NCBI GenBank assembly: GCA_026770705.1
Contig: JANJGN010000009.1
Location: 67,208,001-67,272,000 of the forward strand
Direction: 5' to 3'
DNA: 64,000 nt
From: Isurus oxyrinchus
Taxonomy: Eukaryota
A program made the translations under genes and the position numbers. This document shows positions 13,701 through 26,475 of this stretch, one piece after another. The notes below the pieces were generated by a model. The model had not been told where the DNA came from. It did not search any database and saw only the letters and a program-made list of their open reading frames with translations. Within the stretch, counting starts at the first letter, position 1; each line of letters starts with the position of its first letter.

Positions 13701-14442
13701 CAACGAGAACAGCAGTCCGAGGAGCATTGTATGGCCCGGAGATACCTGTAATCCTGGGTGGGTTCAAAACTTGAGGGATGGAACTTCAGTTGAAATCCAC
13801 ATGGGATAAGTCGGAGACGGAGACAGCCACCAAGGAAGGAAATATGGCTGTGAAAGCGGGTTTTATTAAATACTTTGTCAAACACCAGGAGAGAAATGGA
13901 AAGCAATGAAGGTGAACAGGGCAAAAGAGAGAAACGGAAATCCTGTCGGAGAGAAGAGCAATATTCTTCAAGGTAGGCATTCCTTGAAGAGAAGTGGCAA
14001 TCATTTAAACACTAAGGTAAAAGCAAAAAACTGCAGATGCTGGAAATCCAAAATAAAAATAAAAATGCCTGGAAAAACTCAGCATAATCTCCACCTTTTA
14101 GCCTATATCGATCCCTTTCCCCACCCCAACCCCACTAAGGCTATCTGTACCTTGCTCATCCTGCTTTCTGCCCTTAATGTCACCTATTAGCACATTCCTT
14201 AGATAATATCACCACCTTCAACACCTCTTTGTCCTTTTGTCTATGACATCTTTTGGAAATCTCCACCTATCACTGGCCCTCTATCCAGCTCTTCCTATTC
14301 CACCACCCCCCACCCCACCCCCTTAACCAGCTTATATTTCACCTCTTTTCTATTTTTCCTTAGTTCTATTGAAGAATCATAAGGACTCGAAGCATTAACT
14401 GTGTTTCTCTCCGAAGATGCTTTCAGACCTGCTGAGTTTTTC
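10719..14442 (-). mobile_element. Full-length Penelope-like element (RT + GIY-YIG), frameshifted, with an inverted pseudo-LTR at 14086-14442
   Basis: Minus-strand pieces MDIQSLYTSIP, GVAMGTRMGP, FLRYIDDCF, HYKPTNSHSYLDY; 15-bp TSD taagttcttagcctc at 10704-10718 and 14443-14457. Confidence 0.95.
10820..10860 (-). ncRNA. Minimal type I hammerhead ribozyme motif in Penelope pseudo-LTR (variant core CUGUUGA)
   Basis: Minus strand TAGTT-CTGTTGA-A-GAGTC-atacg-GACTC-GAAA-CGTT-AACTG: stem I, core, stem II, GAAA and palindromic AACGTT. Confidence 0.6.
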
Positions 14443-16243
14443 TAAGTTCTTAGCCTCATTGTATAAACCCTGAAAAAATTTGCACTTGGTTGAATGAGGC
14501 AAAACTGAGTTTTTAATGGTACACTAAGTTTGTAATTATTGCTGACCAGCATTATTGGTCCTGAAAGAATAATTTTTTATTTGTTGAATGTCAAATTTCT
14601 CCATGACACTCAGAAATTCCACATTTGTAAAATTATTATTTTTAGAGTTTGTCTGAGATTTTAGCTTTTACATTGATCCCATGTGTTTTCTATTTATTTA
14701 TTTCACTAGCTGTAAAATTTAAAATTAAGTGAGAAGTGATTCAGTGGTTTTTATGTCTTGGTTTTTTGCCTGCGAAAATGCTTATATGTGATTGGCTGGT
14801 TATCCTGCTTAATGACATCATTGCTGCTGGATGCTTGGCGATTCCCTTGACTTGGCACCAGATTTCAAGTAATGCTGAAAAGGAAATATCCACATTACAA
14901 AGATCGCTCACCCTTTGTGAGCAGCTTTTTTCAACGGCAATGGTAAATAACATTGTTTCACGACTGACAAGAAAATCCAACTCATTGACCATAAGGTTCA
15001 TTTCAAAATTGATTTTGGTTATTTCAAATGTGTCGCTTTCAATGTTACCTGTTTATTGTAAACAAAGGAATTTTTTTTAAAAAACTAAAAAGAACAGGGT
15101 GTCATAACAATAAAGGTCAATTGAAGATAACTAAAGTGAGCACCACAAGTCAAATGTTTTCTTCAGTCTCATCTACTTTCAGTCATAAATGGAGTAGGGG
15201 TAAATCCATGGCCATTACCTTAGTATGTGGGACAGGTAGTGTGGGGAATGAAGACATAGGGTGGAATTTTCCATGCCCGCTGGTGTTGGGCATGATCAAT
15301 GGCTTGAGCAGACAGTACTGCACAACAGCGTGAAACCAGTTCATGATTGTCTGCTCAGCCCACCAATGGCAGGCCTCATTTCCCTCCATCAGACATCAGG
15401 AACCTCATTGTAATACATCATCATATAATTATCAGGCCAGCTCACTAGAATTGTTTCCATCCCCCGCCCCAGTGGATCATCCATCCACATCAGTGGGAAA
15501 GCATGCCGACATGTTTCACAAAAGTACATAAAAGGCGTGCACTTTGAGGAGAACTTGGAGGTGAGTACACAGGGTCGCCTGTTGGACTTCAAGCTTGAGG
15601 GGTGTGGGTTGGGATTAAGGTCAGCCTTGCTGTTGAGGTGACTCGTGGCGGGGGAGGGGTCAGGACAGCTGTTAAGGGCAGCCCTGCTGTTCAATATAGC
15701 ATTCGGGGTGGGGAGTCGGTGGGTGAACGAAGTGGCCACACATTTGGAAAACCTGTAAAAAGTAACCATTCCTCTGCAAATGAGGCAATTCAGGCACAGC
15801 TACATTGATATGATTGAGATTGGTCTTCTTGCTTATCTGCCCACTCAAGCAACAAAGAGGCATCAAAGTGCCACCAAGTGCTCCAGAGGTCCCCCCGGCC
15901 CCACCCGGCACAGACTGCAAATTCATGAGCATTTTGGTGGACAGCAGAACAGTTGGACTGCACACATTGTACAAGCTCCTCGCTAAAGCTGGCCATGTAG
16001 CAGTCACTGCTGAAGGGCTCAGAGCCCCTTGCAATGTCAGCACCCCAATTTGGACCAGTCTCCCCCAGGATTCAACCTAAAAGGGCAGCCATGCAGCACA
16101 CTAATCTCTGGCCATCCAAGTGGTGGCCAGCACTCTCCGGAAAGCATTAAGGGGCCGTCACATGTAACAGGACAGGTTCTTAGTGCACCCATGCTAACCA
16201 CGTGTCTCTCTCTTTCATCCTGCAGGAAGAGTACATCAGGATC

Positions 16244-17424
16244 ATGGAGCCTGGTGAACGAGCTGTATGCCTGATGGTCTACGGAGTGCAAAGGCAGCAG
16301 AGGAGAAGGCAACTGAGGCTGCTGGCTACACAGAGACAGGAGCAGCAACCTCAGGAATTGGGGCTCCTGCAGAACCTAGTGACACTCAGGGTCTATAGAC
16401 ACCGCCTGTCATTCCTGCAGTTGACCGAGAACAAGTATCGCCGAAGACTGGGCACATCTGCCAGTTACAGCAGGATTTGGTGCCATGGGGACATGGAGGG
16501 CATCCACTGCCAGTGGCCATGAAAGTGATAGTGGTGCTCAATTTCTATGACAGTGGCTCCTTTCAGCACTTCACAGGTGACCTCTGTGGGATATCACAAG
16601 CCTCCAGCTACAAATGCACCCATGAGGTCATGGATGCCATCTTTGCAAGGGCACACAACTTTGTGCATTTTGCCTGAGACCAGGACAGCCAGAATGCAAA
16701 AGCGATTGGATTTGCCCAGGTTTCGGGTTCCCCACAAGTGCAGGGTGCGATTAACTGCACTCGTGTGGCATTCAAATCTCCATCGCAAAACACGGTGAAC
16801 TACATCAACCGCAAAGGGTTCCATTTGCTGAATGTGCAGCTGGTGTGCGACCACCATAAGCGCATCCTGCTGGTGTGGGCACGGTTTCCAAGGAGTGCGC
16901 ACGACACCTACATCCTCAGTTGGTCACAGATCCCTGGAGTCTTCCAGTGTCCACAGAAGCTGCAAGGTTGGCTCCTTGGGGACAAGGGCTACCCACAGAG
17001 GCCGTGGCTGATGACACTTGTGCAGCAGCCTCAGACTGCTGCAGAGCAACGGTATAACGAGGCTCATGCTGCAGCTCTCAACTTGGTGGAGCACACCATC
17101 GGGATGCTGAAGATTAGGTTCTTGTGCCTGGACTGGTCTGCTGGAACCCTGAAATACAGTCCGCAGAGGGTGTCAGGCATTGTCATCGTTTGCTGCGTGC
17201 TTTTCAACATGGCACTCCAACAGGGAGATGAGCTGACTGAGGAGGAGTCAGAGGAGCTGCACATCTCCTCTGATGAGGAGGATACTGATGGGGCTGAGGG
17301 TGAGGACGTCATCGGAAGCAATGATGATGGGGATGAGGCCCTCGCAATGGCTAGACGAGGCAGACATGCTTGGAAGGCCCTCATAGCTGCTAGAATTTTG
17401 GAGGTTGATGATGACATGCAGTGA
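16244..17424 (+). pseudogene. Harbinger (HARBI1-like, DDE) transposase pseudogene
   Basis: Motifs GAINCT (first catalytic D changed to N), YINRKGFH, LLGDKGYP, VEHTIGMLKIRF and an acidic tail; in-frame TGA at 16675 and a frameshift near 16460. Confidence 0.9.
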
Positions 17425-18149
17425 AGTGACCCCAAGGTTTGTCACATCACATCTGTGAATGTTTGACTACAGTGTAGCTTATGGCAGCATGAATACCCTC
17501 TGTGAGAATGCTCCTGTCATGGAGACACAGTGGAGGCCCTAATAGTCACTCAATTACAGGAAGATGATGATGACATGCAGTAAGGACACTCCATAAATCT
17601 TCACATAACCCCTGAAAATGTCTGACTCCTGTCGGGCCGAGGACAGCTCACTTGCACTCTGTGATCAGGGTAATATCATAGAGACGCTGCCAAGAAACTT
17701 TATAAGCATCTGATCCATTGTCTGCCTTTAACACCTGAGCCCTTCAGGAGCTGGAGCACAGCATCACTGGTCACAGATGCTGACGAGATGGGGGCCACCC
17801 CAACATAAAGGTGCTAAGAGCTCACAGAGAGAATGAGAGAACTCTGTGATGCCTGCCCCCTACATTCTGGCAGCAATAACAAGCACCACCAAGGTGCAGG
17901 CATCAGTAATATGTCCAGGGATTGTAAGGCCGGACCATCACTTTGATCTGAAGGCTGCACAAAGCACAGAGAAGAAGCACTGGGCTGAGACACCTGCCTT
18001 TATCTTGTGCAGAAAGCTTTCACATCTGAGTGACAAGAACACTGCTCATCAGAACAAGGAGTCATAGGCACGGAGACATCCTTGGGAGTCAATTGTCAAT
18101 AGTAAACAGAACATACAAATGATTATCACCCATGCCCAGGCTATGTAAC

Positions 18150-19385
18150 TTTCCTTTAACTTTCCTAACCCACCCTTTTGGTGCTCCCCAGACATCCACA
18201 GCAGAGGTGGAGGCAGCCTGCTGACTGCAATGCCCTGTCTGTGACGGCCGAGACTTGGACACCTGGCCTGCTTTTGGGGCCCTGCTCTGTGACAGTGGCA
18301 TCCTTCTTGGCCAGTGGAGCTGGAGCTGCTGAGATCACAGGAAGTGGGGATTCAGATGGACCGGACACTCTCTGAGTCACCTGGATGGATGGGCCTGGAG
18401 TGTCACCTGCTGATCCTCCTCCCTATGGGGGCCCCAGCTAACTCCTTGTGGAGCAGGATAGCTGGAATGAGATCGGGCTGCACAGCACCCCTTATGCGTA
18501 CACGCTGTTGGAGGTCAACTATGGCATCAGCGATGGAGTTGAGCCCGCAAAGCAGAGCAGGAGCAAAGTCCTGGACCAAGGTCTCCATTGCAGCCACCTT
18601 CCTACAAGTCTTGACCTTGGTGAGTTGGCATGCTGGCGCTATCACCTCAGCCTGAAGGCAGGTGGACTCCTCCATCGTGCCTTGCAATTTGAGGAGTGCA
18701 GCAGACATCCTTTCCTGATATTCCTGAACTTGTCTCTGCAGCTCCAGCAACTGTGACATGACTGAGTCCAGAAGCTCATCATCTGACTCGGACTCAGCAA
18801 AGTTCTGGCCTCCAACAGTCCTCCGAGTGCCAGAAACCTGGAAAGTCCCTGTCGCTGCTATGGATCAGATGGTGCAATGTGCTCACCAGATTGTGATTCC
18901 GAGGCTACTCTAAAGCTAGATCCCACGGAGGTGTGTGTTTCTGTGCTGGTGGAGGGTGTGGGTGAGCGCTGTGTGACAGGACTTCAGCGAGGGTGCCTTC
19001 AGATTCCTCTTCAGAGGTTTCTTCGGGGCTTGATTGGAGGCCCTGGGTCATGGACTCCACGACTGTTTGGCAGATCTGCCAAAGCAATAATTAGTGCATG
19101 GAAGTGGCCTAGGAAACAGGACACATCACTCACAGCATGGTTGTCTGATGGATGTTGTACTGCTGGACCCTCACTTGGTAGAGCACCATCGACCTCACTG
19201 TCAGCACAGATCCTTGCTGGCCACAGTCTCCCAAGCCGGGTTAGCACAGTTGCTGCCTGTCCTGTGGCCAGAGCGGGGGTAGAGGACATCCCGGAGGGCC
19301 TCCACGGCATCCAAAAGGTGCTTGAGGGACGGCATCTCTGAACATGGGGGCTGCAGTCTCCTTCAGTTTCAGGGCTATGTCTTCA
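18150..19385 (-). pseudogene. Harbinger Myb/SANT-like DNA-binding protein pseudogene
   Basis: Minus strand MKNIALKLKETAAPMFRD..LKHLLDAVEALRDVLYP..PAWETVA (frameshifted); acceptor ttgctttggcag near 19080; coiled-coil-like MSQLLELQRQVQEYQERM. Confidence 0.75.
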
Positions 19386-19883
19386 TGCAGCATTGCTGGT
19401 CTGGAAGCACTGAGATGTGAGCTTGAGGCTGGACTTTAAATATGGCGCCCGGCATGATGCAGCGGTGTGGTGATGGCAGGCGGGCAAATTAGAGCACAGC
19501 ATGTTTCCTAGGAGTGCATAAATAATGTGGCAGGTGTGGAATGATACGGCGTGAAAACCCGCCATCGCAGCCAGCGGTTAAAATGTCATTTTACCTGCCC
19601 GCTATGGCACTTAGTGCAAATCTGGGAAAATTCCGCCCATATTCTCCAGTGATGCAGAAACATCCCATAGAGGATTCACAAACTGCCCTTTAGGATTAGC
19701 TTTGGATTACAGAATTTTTGGACCCAGGGTTCCCATCACAACTGGTCAAATATTACTAAAATTATGTTGACTGAAGTTACTGGTTTACGTTAAATAGAAA
19801 AATTAGGCAATGAATCCCATGTGAGCCGAGTTTCAACCAAAATGCAATGAGTGACTTGTGGAAGCAGACAAAATACCACAGAA

Positions 19884-20030
19884 AGAAAACAAAAGCCAAA
19901 ATACTGTCTATGCTGGAAATCAGAAATGAAAACAGAAAATGCTGGAAATACTCAGCAGGTCTGGCAACATCTGTGGAGACAGAAACAGAGTTAATGTTTC
20001 AAGCCAAGGATCTTTCTTCAGTTTTGAACA
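19884..20030 (-). mobile_element. Short non-coding Penelope pseudo-LTR derivative with a degenerate hammerhead
   Basis: Matches the PLE 3' end (gctggaaa.actcagcaggtctggca.catctg); minus strand CTGAAGA..GAAACATTAACT at 19989-20025. Confidence 0.75.
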
Positions 20031-21009
20031 ATGGTCCTTGACCATGGAATGAATATAGATTGATAACTGAACCAGCTTCACCAAATTCCAATTACACTCT
20101 AGCATAAACAATTTTCTCATCTAAGGTTACTTTTCAGTTTGTCAGTAGCTGTCAGTTTTAATCATCTGTAAAACTTCATTGATTGGATTTCATGTATAAT
20201 GTGCTAGGGTAGCCGTATACATGTCTGCATTTATTATATGTGCATGCAGGCTGATGCTGGTAACTCAACATTTGAGGAAGTGAGTATAAAGATATACTGT
20301 ATCTTCTGCCACCGCAAGATGGCCACGAAAGATGGGCACCAATACACATCTGCGCATGTGCACTTGTCCATGACAATGACATTATTGACTGGAGGCACAG
20401 GGCTAGCAAAACCTGTCTTTAAAAAAAATCTGAGATAGGAGAGATGGGAGTATTAAAACAATCAGAGAAACTTTGTTTTTCCTTCCTGATTATATAAGCA
20501 AAGAGTTTTTAAAAAAGCCCTGAATGGAGTGGGTTGTATATATAATTGCTGTGATAAGCCTGTCGGAAATCGAGAGTAAAGCAGTACACATGCCTAGTTC
20601 CTGGCTTACATTTAACTTTCTGCGTCAAGTTTTGTTTTTGGAAACTTCTGTTAAATGCGTGCATTTTTTTTATTTTGGAAAGTCGGTTTAACTTCTTTTT
20701 GGTTTTGATTCTGATCTCCATCGCTGAAAATGACATCATGGAGCACAATGCAAATTGACCTAGGATTCATTTGAGTTAATTGAAGGTTGACTCACTCTCC
20801 AGCCAGTTAATAAATTGGTCAGTGGGATTGACAAATCTTCACCTGCACATTCCCCAGTTTAGCACAGACTGGCACGAAATTGGATCTCACTCTGAGAGGC
20901 CATAAAACTTGGTTTTTATAGTTGGACTTAAAATACTTGAGCAAACCAAAGCTAAGCAAATCCTTGGATTTAGAAGACATTTCATTGCAAATCAAAATCC
21001 ATTATTCAA

Positions 21010-21240
21010 AGCGTCTACATCACTCATGATTTGGAAAATTGTGGTCAGTATTTGGCATTCTACCTTCAGAAGGGATGATTTAAAGAGCGTTCAGAAGGAG
21101 GAGTATGGAAGATGCTTCTGGAACTCAGGGTTCTGAGTTATGAGAGAGCAGTCACAGTGAGAAATTTGTTTTCATGGGGGGAAAGGTTCAAGGGGGAGCT
21201 TAATTCAGGTCTTCAAAGTGCTCAGCAGCATAGATTGTGA
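21010..21240 (+). mobile_element. Degraded CR1 RT C-terminal fragment
   Basis: gatttggaaaattgtggtcagtatttgg..gagcgttcagaagg resembles the CR1 LEYCVQFW..LE.VQRR region. Confidence 0.55.
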
Positions 21241-21249
21241 TGAACAATG

Positions 21250-21810
21250 TCAGAAGTGCGCCTGCTAACAATTAAAAGGACAATTAAGTCCATTAATGGC
21301 ATAGTTGTCTCCAATTTTTCGTCGCCCATCCAAGCTTATGGTTAGCAGACGAGTGAATTGGCCAGGCAGCCTTTACATTTTTCATGAAACCTCATCCAAC
21401 GGCAGGAAAAGGTTCCCGTTATGAAATAAAATAAAAATAAAAACCTATGGACAGCAATTTTATCATCTATATTTTCAGGTGCCTGATTGTGATGCTCGGA
21501 CATTTTTTTTCTGCTTTTTAAAATTTTATTGGAACATTTTCAGGTCTGCAGCTCCCTAAGGCAGCTCTCTGCCTTCAGGGAGCTTTCTCTAAGCGTTCGC
21601 CCACACCCATGCTGAAGTCAGCGCCTGGCCTCCTCCTGCCCCCACCCCAACAGCACTGAGCTTTTCAGCACATGCTTCACACTGGCTGGCCATTAATTGA
21701 CCAGCCAGTGTGGAATCGCAGTTGAGGGCCGATTGCAGTTGGCGGTCTGTTTCCCAGCCAATCCCAGGCTCGCCGATTGTGCCCGCCCTTCAAGTTAAAA
21801 GTTCAAGCCC
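21250..21810 (+). mobile_element. Partial Harbinger-type MITE
   Basis: catgaaacctcatcc and ctccctaaggcag..gccttcagggag hairpins; TIR-like end aaagttcaagccc. Confidence 0.7.
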
Positions 21811-22598
21811 TGGTGTTCCAGAAGACATTGAGGTCATACTGAGTGATTATTTCATATCAAAGTATTAATTTATTTGTATGCAATTCCTTTGACCACTGTT
21901 TCAATAAAGGCCTTAATCTGGTCATCTTAAAATTCTAGCACTACGATACATCAATATTCCAGAGTACAGTGTCAGTCAAAGTGAGTTTTATAGCTTGCCT
22001 CATTACACGTGCATTTTTTTACAATTCTGAAATAAGGTGAAAATAAATGAATTTGTATGAAAATATGAAAACATTAATCTGCAGAAAGCTAAGTAACATT
22101 TATTTCAAAATTTGGTCAAAAGCAAACATCTAGCATAAATTCAGGAACTGAACAGTAAGTTACTTTGTTAAGTTAAATTATCTATTAAAACAAAGGAAAT
22201 AAATCAACATAGTTATAAAGGCAGAAGACATATAAATATCTCTTAATTAAAGTATAGTGAGCGCAAAGCATTATCTCACCATGTGTTTTAGGAAGTATGG
22301 GACTTCATTAAGGAAATGAGAAATATTGAAATCATGTACATCTGTAGTTTGGCTTCAATAATTTATGTGTATCATTAACGGAACATTTTATTCCCACCCA
22401 TGACACTGCATAGAAGGAAAGAAAGCATCTTCAATTAATGTCTCACTGCATATTTAATACAAAGTACTGCCAATAAAATAAATTGTCAGCAACACAGTGA
22501 ATTTGTGGCTGTATTTAATGTGTATTATAATTATGGAGAGATATTTAGAGTAGATTCAACATGGATTGAACTATGAAATATTCTGCTCTTCCAACCAG

Positions 22599-22651
22599 AA
22601 ATCCTCTGAGTAACAACAGTAAGGACAGTTTGATTAGAAAATTTCAGAGAG
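22599..22651 (+). CDS. Putative 53-nt exon (NPLSNNSKDSLIRKFQR)
   Basis: ttctgctcttccaaccag| acceptor, gag|gtatgt donor, open in phase 2 to 1, non-repetitive sequence. Confidence 0.35.
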
Positions 22652-23302
22652 GTATGTGAAAATTGTAATTTTAAATTTGACATAAGAGCATTTTCTTTCA
22701 CCTGCAGGGATAGCAGGAAACTTCTTATATGATCAAGCATCACAGAAACTTAGAAGTACTGTCACCATTTATGTTCTAAGTCACATTATGTGCTCTGCAT
22801 AAAATGTTTATTGATGACTTAAGTTCTATGTCCCACGATTACAAAAGTAAACTTACACGGTAATTAGGCTTGAGATTGCGATAGTGATCCAAATGCAATT
22901 TGTTTTTAAAAGATGATTTGCTAAATGTAAATAAAAAGTTTTTAAAGCATTTTAAAGTGTTTGTAATAACAGGCATTCATCCTTTACTAAGCTGTCATTT
23001 TCCTTTTCTATCCTCTCTTATCCTTAAAATCTCCTTTAGTTTTTTTCTGCCTTTTGTACGATAAGAGCAGGAATAGGCCATTCTGCCTATCAAGCTTATT
23101 TTGTCATTCAAGTAGACCATAGATTGTCTGTAGCTTAACTCCTTTTACCTACCAGGTTTTCTTCTCAGTTCAAGCACTTGAATCACTTTTTTTCTTCCCC
23201 CTCATCTCTTTAACCATAAAATTTTAATTTTTTGTGATCATTTTCCAGTTTCATTTGTTTTCTCTGCTTTTTTTAAGCTGTGTTTTCTCATGTTGTGTAA
23301 AA

Positions 23303-24170
23303 TGGATCAGATTTTGTGTTAATAATGGTGAGGCTGTTAGTGCTCAACATTATTGCTGGGTAAAATGGTCAGCAACTTTTGGCATTCATACGTATGCAAA
23401 TGAATATGGAAATCAGAAGCTGCTATCAGTGATACCATGATCCTCCACAGAGTAGACTGTCACAGTCTGCATTGATGGAATCTGAACAGAGATCACAGTG
23501 ATGATATGAATTTAAGCTAATTACTGACTGTTCTGACTCTAAAGACAAATGAAAAGGTTGGATCTTGTACAAGCAAGAGTATTTGATATTTGAATGGTGT
23601 AATAAGTGATAATTATTGCCGAACAGCCTCTTTGGCCCTGAAAAATTAATTTTTCAAGTGTGGAGTCTCATCACCTCAGAAGAAAATTTGTGTTGCAAAT
23701 TATTTAAAAAATAAAAATTTAATTGGTTTATATAAGAACATAGCATAAGTAATAGGAGCAGGAGAAGGCCATTTGGCCTCACAAATCTGCTCTGCCATGC
23801 TATAAGACCATGGCTGACCTGATATAGTTTTTTCTGTTTTATGTCTTTTCCTTCATCACATGTGCATGCTCCCATATTTCACTTCCTGCACAATTATTTA
23901 AATATAATTTATATTTACTGTTTACTTTTACTTCCCGCTTTGCAGTGTGTGTGAGAACCGAGGAGGATTCTTCAATCTGATTGGGTGAAGAACCTCTCTG
24001 CTCATCGCCTGTTTCTCAGAGCCACCAATCCCCTCTAGAGGGCACTACATTCAAACAGATGCCAAAGAATGGAAGTCTCAGCTAACAAGCCTGCTAAATA
24101 TCTGTAGGTAACTGTCCACAAGGTTAATGGCAAAATGTGTTTCTTTGCAACTCATAGTAAATTCCAGGCT
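23303..24170 (+). mobile_element. Old non-autonomous repeat related to 7290/26805, interrupted by a CR1 3' end at about 23730-23825
   Basis: Shared motifs aatcagaagctgctatcagtga, ttggccctgaaaaattaatttt and tctgattgg; TIR-like end gtaaattccaggc. Confidence 0.5.
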
Positions 24171-24229
24171 ATTAATAAATTTTTGTTTTGAAATAAATTT
24201 TACACAATCTAAACCTTCTTAGATAAGCC

Positions 24230-25745
24230 TACAGCTTCCCTCTGTGCCTCTCTTGGCATCTCCTGAGATTCATCAAGGCCCTGATTGCTGCTTCTTTAGG
24301 AGCTGCAACTCCAATTGCTCCATCCTACTGTCTCACTGACCTTCTTGACCAATGGACCCGCTGGGAGCTAATCCTGCCAGTCTCCTTCCCATCCAACTCA
24401 GTCTCCTTCCCTGACTCATCCCATTCACTTGTGAACAAAACCCTTGTCATCCAAAAGCTTATTGTGGATGATAACATCAATGACATCCAGGTCTTGACGG
24501 AAAGCTGGCTGAGGGATCATGACACTTCACCCTAAATGAAGTCTCTCCACCTGGCCACACTTTTCACCACTTGCCCCATCCAGACTGTCATGGTGGCTAT
24601 GTGGCTCTAATCACCAAATCACACTTTGATCTGTCCCTCTATTGCTCTGGTACTTGTTCATGCTTTGAGCATTTCACTCTTTCTGCCCTTCCCCACGCTC
24701 ATTTAAAATCCTAGGCTTTGACCACCAACCCAAGTAACCTTAAAAATTTTCTCACTGAGATATCTTCACTGCTTCCCTCCCATGCCCTTGATTATTTCAA
24801 TCTCTATCTCAATTCATTTTGCTCTTTCCTTTGAGTTCACTGCCCGCTATTCTCCCTTAATCCTGCCCTCCATTAAACTCCCCAATCCATATTATAGCCA
24901 CCCTCTTGACCTTGCTATCTCACATTACCTTGTTATTCACATCATGTCAATCACAGCTAAAATGATCTCTGATCACTTTCTTGTATCACTTTCTGTCCAG
25001 ATTCCATCCTGACTTACCAAGCCTAATTTCCACTGTCTGCCCTGGGAAAAAACTATCCCCTAATTTATTTGTAACTGCATTTTTAAAATCCCAACTCTCT
25101 AACCTCTGGCCCTCCATTCTCCATGACATTTCAGCCGCTACAGATTTGCTCAACTGCACTCCACCCTTGTCCTAGTCTCCATCAAAGCCATTATTCTCTC
25201 TCATCCTGACCATTTCCTTGGGTATGGCCCTCATTTCTGCTCCCTTAAGTCCAAGGGATGCAGACTTCCATGGATATGGTGAACTACTGATTTAGCCATT
25301 CACCGCTAGATCTGGCTGGATGCCATAAAGTTCAGTTAGCTCCTGCTCTCATCTGTCAAAATTGCTCACTATTCTCATATCATCCTGGAATGCAAAGATA
25401 ATTACTGGTTCTTTTCTTTGCTGCAAAGTATCTTCTTACACCCGTCCCTGTATCTTTTATCCTCACCTGCAACAAGTATAAGGAGCTTCAGAACTTGTTA
25501 ATCACTAAGATTGAAACCATCTGATCAGCTGCCTCTGCCTTGCTTTTCCCTTGCTTTTGCCGGCCCACTAGACCAAATTTCTTCTAAGGTTCCCCCACAC
25601 CCCAGCCCTGAGCTTGTTTCTTTCTCTAGTTTCTCTTCTTTCTACCCTCATGCCTACTCCAAGTTCACCTTCACCAAAATGGTCACTTCCTACTCCCTTG
25701 ATCCAGTTCCTATTAAACTGATGGCTAACCAACTTCGCCTCCTGA
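24230..25745 (+). mobile_element. Degraded L2 LINE (endonuclease to start of RT)
   Basis: C-rich strand; SLVNK..LTESWL-like endonuclease start and SYSLDPVPIKL resembling the L2 motif xSLDPIPT. Confidence 0.75.
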
Positions 25746-26475
25746 TCCTCTCTGAGCGACAGATGAAGCAAGCCGTTTCACGCTGCTACTACACAGTGGC
25801 TGCATGAGTGGTATTTTCCACTAACAGGATGCTACCATCAATCCAAAAAGACATTCTGCCTAGCACACAGTTAAGCAATGTTGTGTGTGAATTTCAATGG
25901 CAATGCAAGGCCAGATATGTAGACCATATGTCCTAACGATTCACTGACAGTATCAAATGGCTTGTTCCTTTGGTTGTTCACAATAAGCGGAGTATAGACT
26001 GTACTCAACAGGCCTGCTCTTGCAAATTCCAAAACAAAATGTCTACTATTAGATATGATTGTACAATTGGGTAGAACTTGCTGACCAAATCTGAGTGTGC
26101 TAATAGCTACAGTAACAACGAATTTAAGATAATCAACTGAACTCATAACACGGCTCATTTACACTTGCTAGAAATGTATACTCAAAATTCATACATAGGG
26201 ATCCGTTCTCTGCAAACAAAAGGAATATATTCAAGCTTTGCAGCTTTATTGAATTACCCGGGAGGTTGGGGAGCCTGTTGTTCCATATTGCTTTCTCCAT
26301 GGCAATGCCTTGGCCAATCAGAGTCATCTTGCCAACTAAACTGCACTCTTCTCTCCTGTGGTAAAAATTGTTGTGATCATTTGAAATTTGGCTTTCTTGA
26401 ATTTGCCCATATGAGTGCAAGATGAAAAGTTTTGGCAACATGTCTCTCTTTTCAGCAACATTCAAGATATGGAAG

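Larger units (their letters stand above)
7290..14950 (+). mobile_element. Old non-autonomous repeat split into two halves (7290-7476 and 14443-14950) by LINE and Penelope insertions
   Basis: The joined halves align with the copy at about 26805-28880 (ctcctctgaaac..cagaggttgttgtcagtgat..gaaaattattgaactg..gaaaaa.ttgcac..cccttgacttggca). Confidence 0.7.
15259..19638 (+). mobile_element. PIF/Harbinger DNA transposon, TIR to TIR
   Basis: TIRs gggtggaattttcc / ggaaaattccgccc, 3-bp TSD ATA (15256-15258 and 19639-19641), convergent transposase and Myb-like genes. Confidence 0.92.

Noticed and set aside
16738-17424. Domesticated HARBI1 gene
   Set aside because: It lies within TIRs and a TSD, has an upstream stop and frameshift, and the first catalytic Asp is mutated
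20520-20760. TATA-like tatatataa and a few CpGs suggesting a promoter
   Set aside because: No CpG island or linked exon; such motifs are expected by chance in AT-rich DNA
22708-22802. Strong acceptor ttttctttcacctgcag followed by an open frame GIAGNFLYDQ..
   Set aside because: It would need a 56-nt intron and has no good donor before the stop
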